Assembly: GCA_038248345.1 (NCBI GenBank)
Contig: JBBRXO010000054.1
Location: 1 to 19,016 of the forward strand
Origin: Armatimonadota bacterium
Lineage (GTDB): Bacteria; Armatimonadota; Hebobacteria; CAIYQO01
Reading direction: 5' to 3'
Length of the DNA stretch: 19,016 nt
Of the stretch, positions 6,982 through 13,196 are shown piece by piece. Numbering within the stretch: position 1 is the first letter of the stretch; the number at the start of each line of letters is the position of its first letter. The position numbers and the translations under genes were made by a program. The notes beneath the pieces were generated by a model. The model did not search any database. It was not told the origin of the DNA and saw only the letters and a program-made list of their open reading frames with translations.

Positions 6982-7585
6982 ATGTTTATGAATAAACGAC
7001 AAGGAGCCAATTTACCGCATTGGTCTTTAGATGGCTCGATTTATGCTGTCTGTTTTCGTCTGTTTGACTCGCTACCAACTCACGTGTTGGGAACATGGAA
7101 ATTTGAACGCGACGATATTGAAAAAATGGCAAAACAGCAGAATAGAGAATTAACAGACTAATGAGAGAAACAGACTAGATTTCCTTTATTCGGAAAAGAT
7201 TGAGAAATACCTGGACATTGGAAGCGGAAGTTGCTACCTCTATCAACAACCAGTCGCTGATTTGGTTAAAGCAGCATTGTACTTTTTTGACAATGAAAGG
7301 TACTATCTTCACAGTTGGTGCATTATGCCAAATCATGTTCATGCGATAATTGAACCTATAACCACATTCAAATTATCTGACATAATGCATTCGTTGAAGT
7401 CGAATACTTCTAAAGAAGCAAATAAATATTTACACCGCAGTGGATCATTCTGGCAATCTGAAACTTACGATCTAATCATTCGGGATGAAGCGGAATATAA
7501 TCGTTCGGTGGAGTATATCATTAAGAATCCTGAATGTGCAGGACTTAAAAATTGGTCATATGTAAGCCATGGTATTGGCGTGTAA
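6982..7585 (+). pseudogene. REP-associated tyrosine transposase (RAYT/TnpA-REP, HUH Y1 family), frameshifted
   Basis: N-terminal frame MFMNKRQGANLPHWSLDGSIYAVCFRLFDSLP... stops at TAA 7159-7161. The +1 frame continues NERNRLDFLYSEKIEKYLDIGSGSCYL...WCIMPNHVH (HUH)...FWQSETYD.IIR...EYIIKNP (catalytic Tyr). Removing one base within 7154-7161 gives a 200-aa ORF. Confidence 0.88.
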
Positions 7586-7621
7586 TAAGAGTATGAACCT
7601 ATTGTGAGATATATTCGCTAT

Positions 7622-7718
7622 TTGCCCGCTCTCATGGGCGGGACGCCCATGCCACGATTCCTCATGAGGTTCATGCTCTTATTGCCCGTTCTCATGGGCG
7701 TCCCGCCCATGAGAACGG
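7622..7718 (-). repeat. REP family A units, reverse orientation, downstream of RAYT
   Basis: 7622-7659 is the exact 38-bp reverse complement of 6915-6952. A second unit at 7672-7718 ends in a perfect 15-bp stem (7686-7718). Confidence 0.93.
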
Positions 7719-7723
7719 TTACT

Positions 7724-8989
7724 TTATCTGATCTCCGAAAACCCGGTATATGGCTGTAGGGCGGCGGGTATTTTTACGCTGCCGTCGGCTTGCTGGTAGT
7801 TCTCTACCACTGCGGCCCAGGTGCGGCCCACGGCAAGGCCACTGCCGTTGAGGGTGTGGAGTAGCTCCGGCTTGCCCATGGCCTCGCGGCGGAAGCGGAT
7901 GGCGCCGCGGCGCGCCTGGAAGTCGCCACAGTTGCTGCAACTGCTGATCTCCACATATTTGCCCATGCCCGGCATCCACACCTCCAGGTCGTAGGTCTTC
8001 AGCGCGCTGAAGCCCATGTCGCCGGTGCAGAGCGAGACCACCCGGTAGGGCAGGCCTAATATCTGCAGAACGTCCTCGGCATCGCCCACCAGCTTCTCTA
8101 ATTCCTCCATCGAGGTCTCCGGGGTGGTGAATTTGTACATCTCCACTTTGTCGAACTGGTGCTGACGGATCAGCCCGCGGCTCTCACGCCCTGCGGTGCC
8201 CGCCTCGGCGCGGAAGCAGGGGGAGTAGGCGGTGTAGCAGCGGGGCAATGTTCCCGGTTCTAGAATCTCGTCGCGGTGTAAATTGGTCAGCTGGCATTCC
8301 GAGGTGGGCGTCAGATACAACCCCTCGCGCAGACGGAAGAGGTCTTCCTCGAACTTGGGCAGTTGCCCGCTGGCCAGCAATGAATCGGCATGCACGGGGT
8401 ACGGAGGCCAAACTTCGGTATAGCCGTGTACGTCGGTATGTAGATTGAGGAAGTAGTTGATGATGGCGCGTTCCAGCCGCGCCCCGCTGGCCATAAAGAG
8501 CGAGAAGCGCGCCTGGGTGATCTTCGCCGCGCGTTCGAAGTCGAGGATGCCCAGCCGGGCGCCGATATCCCAGTGCCCCTGCGGTTCAAAGTCGAAGGCA
8601 GTAGGCTCGCCCCACACACGCACCACCACATTCTCTTCTTCCCCCGCGCCATCCGGCACGCTGGCGTCAGGGATATTGGGGATGCCCATGAGCAGTTCGT
8701 TGAACTCGGTATCAGCGGCGGTGGCCACTTCGTCCAGCTCTTTGATGCGGTCGCCCAGCTCGCGCATCTCGGCTATCAACGCGGTGGCATCCAGCTTCTG
8801 TTTCTTCAGCGCGGCCACCTGCTGGCTATCGGCATTGCGCCGCGCTTTCAGCGTCTCCACTTCCGAGAGCGCCGCACGGCGGCTTTCTTCTAAAGCGGAG
8901 AGGATGGAAACGTCGAAATCCTTATTTCGGCGCCGCATGGCATCAGCCACCAGTTGCGGGTTAGTACGGATAATTTTAGGGTCTATCAT
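7724..8989 (-). CDS. serS: Serine--tRNA ligase
   Basis: N-terminal coiled coil, IPNIPD.SVP.G, GQLPKF, FRAEAG...[35 protein letters not shown] and [22 protein letters not shown] at 9000-9005. Confidence 0.98.
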   Translation of the reverse strand: MIDPKIIRTNPQLVADAMRRRNKDFDVSILSALEESRRAALSEVETLKARRNADSQQVAALKKQKLDATALIAEMRELGDRIKELDEVATAADTEFNELLMGIPNIPDASVPDGAGEEENVVVRVWGEPTAFDFEPQGHWDIGARLGILDFERAAKITQARFSLFMASGARLERAIINYFLNLHTDVHGYTEVWPPYPVHADSLLASGQLPKFEEDLFRLREGLYLTPTSECQLTNLHRDEILEPGTLPRCYTAYSPCFRAEAGTAGRESRGLIRQHQFDKVEMYKFTTPETSMEELEKLVGDAEDVLQILGLPYRVVSLCTGDMGFSALKTYDLEVWMPGMGKYVEISSCSNCGDFQARRGAIRFRREAMGKPELLHTLNGSGLAVGRTWAAVVENYQQADGSVKIPAALQPYTGFSEIR

Positions 8990-9018
8990 GGCGCGTATGC
9001 TCCTTGCGGAAGAATTTG

Positions 9019-9549
9019 TTACACTGCCGTCTGTGCCGCTATGGCCAGCGAGAGTACAATGAAATTAGTGAGCGCGAAAGTGACGAGAAAACTGGCGATC
9101 AGCGCTTGATAAGGATTCTCTTCCGTATCAATCCAGACAGCGATAATGATACTCAGTACTCCGCACATGGTGGCATAGATTACGGTTATCAGTATCATGT
9201 CGAAGCTTTGCCAGTTTATATATAATTGCCGAGGCGCGGAGAGAAGGAATCCCAGCACACCAGCGATAAATGCGAGCGGCAAGTAGGGCAACGGTGGATG
9301 CAAAATCTCCAGGATAATATAGCTGATAACAGTGACGCCGATGCCGCTCAGCATGATATATTGCATTTTTAGCGGGTGCGGAACGAAGAGAAGCACCAGA
9401 AAAACCGCCATGCCGCATAATATCGCTGTCACATCATACGGGCGGGGCGTCTCGGGTTCTTCCTCCGCTGCTTCTATATTATATTCCACGGACGCGAGTA
9501 CAGGTGTTTCCGCTGCCTCTGGCTGTGTGGGTAGTTCTTCTGCTGTCAT
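9019..9549 (-). CDS. Hypothetical integral membrane protein (acidic N-terminal tail, about 5 hydrophobic segments)
   Basis: 176-aa ORF co-oriented with serS; several long hydrophobic stretches; no family recognised. Confidence 0.7.
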   Translation of the reverse strand: MTAEELPTQPEAAETPVLASVEYNIEAAEEEPETPRPYDVTAILCGMAVFLVLLFVPHPLKMQYIMLSGIGVTVISYIILEILHPPLPYLPLAFIAGVLGFLLSAPRQLYINWQSFDMILITVIYATMCGVLSIIIAVWIDTEENPYQALIASFLVTFALTNFIVLSLAIAAQTAV

Positions 9550-9589
9550 TTTCTGCCTTTACTTCCCGGGCTGCCGGGAGACTAAATTT

Positions 9590-10030
9590 CTAGGCGCGAT
9601 TTTCCGCCACATCGCACACTCGTTGCCCCATGGTTTTCAATAGTTCGCCCATGGCATATACCAATAAGGGAACCGGTATGCCACCGCCGATACCTTCCGG
9701 GAACTCATATTCAACATTCAGTGTAAGTGTGGCGGTGTCACCTGCTGGTGATATTCGCCAACTACCGGTAAATACCTTAACATCACCCTCTAGCGCCCGA
9801 AAAGAAAGGGTATCGGGTGCTGCCAACGTCGCTTCCTCACGCCAGTGCAAGGCGGGCATCCCGGGGATATTCAGGGTACGCCAGTAGTCCCAGCTATCCG
9901 CCCCGCGGTTTGTCAGCCCCGCTACCACCAGATAGGGGAATAGGCCGGCCATACGGGGGATATCACTGAGTAGCGCCCAGATATTATCCGGTGACATCCC
10001 CACGGTAAAAGTCTGCGTAAAAACGGGCAA
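9590..10030 (-). CDS. SRPBCC / polyketide cyclase-dehydrase (START-like) family protein
   Basis: TTG start with RBS AGGGAG. 'SPDNIWALLSDIPRMAGLFP' and 'FRALEGDVKVFTGSWRI...ATLTLNVEYE' fit the helix-grip fold pattern. Confidence 0.75.
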   Translation of the reverse strand: MPVFTQTFTVGMSPDNIWALLSDIPRMAGLFPYLVVAGLTNRGADSWDYWRTLNIPGMPALHWREEATLAAPDTLSFRALEGDVKVFTGSWRISPAGDTATLTLNVEYEFPEGIGGGIPVPLLVYAMGELLKTMGQRVCDVAENRA

Positions 10031-10066
10031 ATGCGGTATCTCCCTACACTACTGTTTATGACACCT

Positions 10067-10095
10067 ATTGTATAACAAATGGGGGGTGTACTCAA
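10067..10095 (-). promoter_or_regulatory. Sigma70-type promoter for the SRPBCC-membrane protein-serS transcript
   Basis: Minus strand TTGAGT (10095-10090) - N17 - TACAAT (10072-10067). Confidence 0.5.
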
Positions 10096-10268
10096 GGAGG
10101 TTGTGCGTTCCCAGGGAAGGGGATGTGGGATAAGTGAAAACGACGATTTTCTGCAACAGTTCAGAGTTCCTACTCTCTGATCGACCGAACCCTGGAACTA
10201 TCCTAAAAAACAAGTTGTTGGTCTTAAAATCGAACGGGGTACTAATGGCAATAACCAAATAGTGAGCT

Positions 10269-10366
10269 ACTAACATAGCCACGGGCGAAACCCGGGGAAG
10301 AGGTTAATATCCGTAGGTGAAGTGTTCGATAAGCCTACCCCGGGCTTCACCCGAGGCTATGTTAGT
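10269..10366. repeat. REP-like inverted doublet, family D (ATAG-CC tag + CGGG-N5-CCCG hairpin arms)
   Basis: 10269-10297 and 10338-10366 are 29-bp inverted repeats with 3 mismatches around a 40-nt spacer. Confidence 0.82.
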
Positions 10367-10489
10367 TTCCGTTTGAGAGCACTGCGCCCTAGTAGCTTAT
10401 ATATTGAATCGGGTTGTGGGCGATACTTTCTTTAGTGTTTACATAATGACAACTCTGAACTGTTACATTTTTCCCACCATGCAAAAGAT

Positions 10490-10500
10490 TGTGGTATAAT
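10490..10500 (+). promoter_or_regulatory. Extended -10 promoter for lpxC-fabZ-lpxA
   Basis: TGTGGTATAAT (TGn-TATAAT at 10492-10500). Confidence 0.6.
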
Positions 10501-10512
10501 TCACAGCTAAGT

Positions 10513-11358
10513 ATGATTAAGATAAAAACGATTGCCGCTTCATTCTCTGTAGCAGGGGTGGGGTTACATAGTGGGGCGGATGTTTCCGTTACAGCGTATC
10601 CGGCATCGGCGGGGACAGGGTTAGTCTTCCTGGCGAATGGGGAAACTATACCTGCACTGGTGGAGAATGTGGTAGATACCCGACGTTGTACTACGCTTGG
10701 ACGCGGTACAATCCGCATAAGTACAGTGGAGCATTGGCTGGCGGCATGTATGATCGCCGGGGTGACCGATGTGATTATGGCTGTGGAGGGGCCGGAGATG
10801 CCGGCACTGGACGGATCAGGGAAATCGTGGTTTAATGATATATTGAGTGTTGGAACTGTGGTGTTGGATGGAGAGGTATCTCCATTCGTCATAGAAAAAC
10901 CGCAGTGGTTGGCGGTAGGGAGTAGCGAATTCTACTTGTTTCCCTCCACCACATGTGCAGTTTACGCGGCGGTGGATATACCGGGCACGATGGTACAGCA
11001 GATGATGGCGGGCGGATCGATTGCCGATCCTGCCATTTGTGAACAGTTATTACGGGCACGTACCTACGGATTGGAAAGTGAAGTGCGTGCGTTGCTGGAT
11101 TTAGGATTAGCCCGCGGCGGCTCGCTGGATAACGCGCTGGTGATAACCGAGACTGGTTACCTGAATGAGCAGGTGTGGCCTATGGAGCCAGCCTGGCACA
11201 AGGCGTTAGATCTGCTGGGCGATCTGGCGTTACTGGGCAGGCCGATAGTCGGCAATGTGCTGGCAGTACGCGGTGGGCACCGGAGCCATTTGGAATTGGT
11301 GAAATTATTAAAAAATGATGCTGTGATATCTGTCGGAAATACATCAGCAGTTAAATGA
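10513..11358 (+). CDS. lpxC: UDP-3-O-acyl-N-acetylglucosamine deacetylase
   Basis: KTI....GVGLHSG, TVEHWLAA, EMPALDGS, ARTYG, GGSLDNA, HKALDLLGDLALLG and GGHRSH motifs; ATG 10513. Confidence 0.93.
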   Translation: MIKIKTIAASFSVAGVGLHSGADVSVTAYPASAGTGLVFLANGETIPALVENVVDTRRCTTLGRGTIRISTVEHWLAACMIAGVTDVIMAVEGPEMPALDGSGKSWFNDILSVGTVVLDGEVSPFVIEKPQWLAVGSSEFYLFPSTTCAVYAAVDIPGTMVQQMMAGGSIADPAICEQLLRARTYGLESEVRALLDLGLARGGSLDNALVITETGYLNEQVWPMEPAWHKALDLLGDLALLGRPIVGNVLAVRGGHRSHLELVKLLKNDAVISVGNTSAVK

Positions 11359-11361
11359 AGA

Positions 11362-11838
11362 TTGAGAGAAGCTTTGGAAGTCGCAGATATAATGAGGAAG
11401 ATCCAGCATCGATATCCTTTTTTGCTGGTTGATCGTATTATTGAATTGGAGCCGGGGAAGCGAGCCGTAGGTCTGAAGAACATAACTATTAATGAATGGT
11501 TCTTCGGCGGGCATTTCCCCAAGAATCCAATCATGCCCGGGGTGCTGATTACAGAACATGCAGCACAGGTGAGTGGGATACTATTAATGACCACGGCCGG
11601 GTATGAGGGAAAGCTGGCTGTAATAACCGAGATCGAAGGAATGAAATTTCGCCGGAAGGTGATCCCGGGAGATCAGCTAAAGACGGAGGTGACTATTCTG
11701 AGGGTCAGTAGCAGATGTGGCAAAGTGGCGATCATCAGTCGTGTGGGCGACGAAGTGGTGGCCGAAGGCAAATATACCTTCATGCTCGCGACTGATCCAG
11801 TTCTAAAGCAACCCATAGGAAAGGAAATATGCCCGTGA
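11362..11838 (+). CDS. fabZ: 3-hydroxyacyl-ACP dehydratase
   Basis: HRYPFLLVDRI, KNITINE, GHFPKNPIMPGVLITE and FRRKVIPGD motifs; start uncertain (TTG 11362 or ATG 11392). Confidence 0.95.
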   Translation: MREALEVADIMRKIQHRYPFLLVDRIIELEPGKRAVGLKNITINEWFFGGHFPKNPIMPGVLITEHAAQVSGILLMTTAGYEGKLAVITEIEGMKFRRKVIPGDQLKTEVTILRVSSRCGKVAIISRVGDEVVAEGKYTFMLATDPVLKQPIGKEICP

Positions 11839-12638
11839 AAATTCACCCTAGCGCGATCGTAGATCCGAGGGCAGAACTGGGAGCCGGGGTTGAAGTAGGT
11901 CCGTTCACTATCATAGACAGGGACGTGGTCATTGGCGCACGCACTATTGTTGGACCACATGTAAGGATTACCGGCCGCACTTCACTCGGTGAAGACTGCG
12001 TCGTTCACACCGGCGCTGTACTTGGGGAACCGCCCCAGGATCACAAGTACCACGACGAAGTGTCCTATCTAAGAATTGGACACCGCAACGTCATTCGCGA
12101 GTTCGTCACGATGCACCTGGCCGTAGGCGAGGGCAACATGACGGTGGTTGGCGATGATTGCATGTTTATGGCTTATACCCACATTGGCCATAACTGCCAT
12201 CTCGGTAGCCACATTTGCGCCGCCAACTATGTCGGTTTGGCGGGAGGCTGTAGAGTTGATGATCGCGTAGTTTTAGGCGGTCATGCCGGTTTTCACCAGT
12301 TCTGCCACATCGGGCGGATGGCGATGGTCGGCGGTTTCACCCGGGTGGCTCATGACGTGCCCCCATTTGTCATTGTCGAAGGCCCCGCAGGCAAACCAGT
12401 TGGCTTAAACACCATCGGTCTGCGGCGCAACGATGTCCTTTCGGACGTCAGAGGCTACCTGCAGCAGGCATTCCGAATGCTCTGCTACAGCAATCGCAAT
12501 TTGAGCGAGGCGTTAGCGGCAGCGCGTACAACTATTCCGCATGCGCCTGAAGTGAATGAGTTCATTTCGTTCCTGGAGCAATCCGGGCGAACTGGACGCC
12601 ATCTCGATCCCAAGTACGCAAAACCGGTACTGTCCTAG
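11829..12638 (+). CDS. lpxA: Acyl-ACP--UDP-N-acetylglucosamine O-acyltransferase
   Basis: IHPSAIVDP, hexapeptide repeats, PQDHKY, IREFVT, HIGHNC, HQFCHIG, DVPPF and GLNTIGLRR. Confidence 0.95.
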   Translation: MPVKIHPSAIVDPRAELGAGVEVGPFTIIDRDVVIGARTIVGPHVRITGRTSLGEDCVVHTGAVLGEPPQDHKYHDEVSYLRIGHRNVIREFVTMHLAVGEGNMTVVGDDCMFMAYTHIGHNCHLGSHICAANYVGLAGGCRVDDRVVLGGHAGFHQFCHIGRMAMVGGFTRVAHDVPPFVIVEGPAGKPVGLNTIGLRRNDVLSDVRGYLQQAFRMLCYSNRNLSEALAAARTTIPHAPEVNEFISFLEQSGRTGRHLDPKYAKPVLS

Positions 12639-12713
12639 ACAAAAGCATAACCGGAGTTGTACGAGAGCAGGGAAACGTGGATACCTCGCACTCAAGCATC
12701 ACCTGAAACTGCT

Positions 12714-12748
12714 CCGCGCCGCTGGCAATCACCAGCGGCGCGGTTTTT
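12714..12748 (+). terminator. Rho-independent terminator after lpxA
   Basis: CCGCGCCGCTGG-caatca-CCAGCGGCGCGG (12-bp stem) followed by TTTTT. Confidence 0.85.
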
Positions 12749-12773
12749 ATTGGTCACAGTCCAGAGTTTCAAT

Positions 12774-13015
12774 AATTCATACCTGGGGCGCTGCCCCAGG
12801 CTATCGAATGTTTGCCCTTCAGGCAAAGTCCATCCCGATAAATATTAATTATTAGCCTCAAAGCAGGCATGTTATGCCAAATAAATCATTCCATTGTGAT
12901 TGCCTGAAGGACAATAATTCGATAGCCTAGGGCAACGCCCTAGGGATTGAGTCCTGGTAATAAAACATCAAATCCTCTTGAATTCATCCCTGGGACGCAG
13001 CCCCGGGGATGAATT
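12774..13015. repeat. REP-like cluster, family E (two-hairpin arms with ATAG-CC tag): an inverted pair plus a third, symmetrised hairpin
   Basis: 12782-12826 and 12900-12944 are 45-bp inverted repeats with 6 mismatches, including a compensatory pair (cctGgggc/gcccCagg vs cctAgggc/gcccTagg). 12981-13007 matches 12774-12800 at 23/27. Confidence 0.85.
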
Positions 13016-13196
13016 AAAGGCGGTTTTACAATCACCACTTCTGCGAGAATTTGTTGAGGTTGAAATTTGCTGCATGTAACATAATTGCAACAAAGTGTGG
13101 GTACATTTGTTGGTATATTCATAGTGCTGCAGACAATAGTGTCATCAGCAAATAATGTAGACACCTGCCACAGAAGTCAGGTGAAGGAGTTTTGGA

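Larger units (their letters stand above)
6777..7718. mobile_element. REPtron-like locus: RAYT gene bracketed by inverted REP arrays, inserted between the convergent TPR gene and serS
   Basis: Combination of the three features above; the cargo is AT-rich relative to the flanking genes. Confidence 0.82.

Noticed and set aside
7262..7585. Stand-alone 107-aa transposase ORF
   Set aside because: It is the C-terminal half of the frameshifted gene that starts at 6982.
8457..9062. Long antisense ORFs over serS (and similar ones over uup, lpxC and the oxidase)
   Set aside because: Shadow ORFs expected from GC-rich codon usage opposite well-supported genes.
10120..10160. DnaA boxes / oriC (tgtgggataag, tctgcaacag)
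   Set aside because: Only imperfect matches, no cluster of boxes and no origin-associated genes.
12639..12713. Possible sRNA between lpxA and its terminator
   Set aside because: Only a 6-bp pairing (GAGCAG/CTGCTC) and no recognisable RNA family; treated as 3' UTR.
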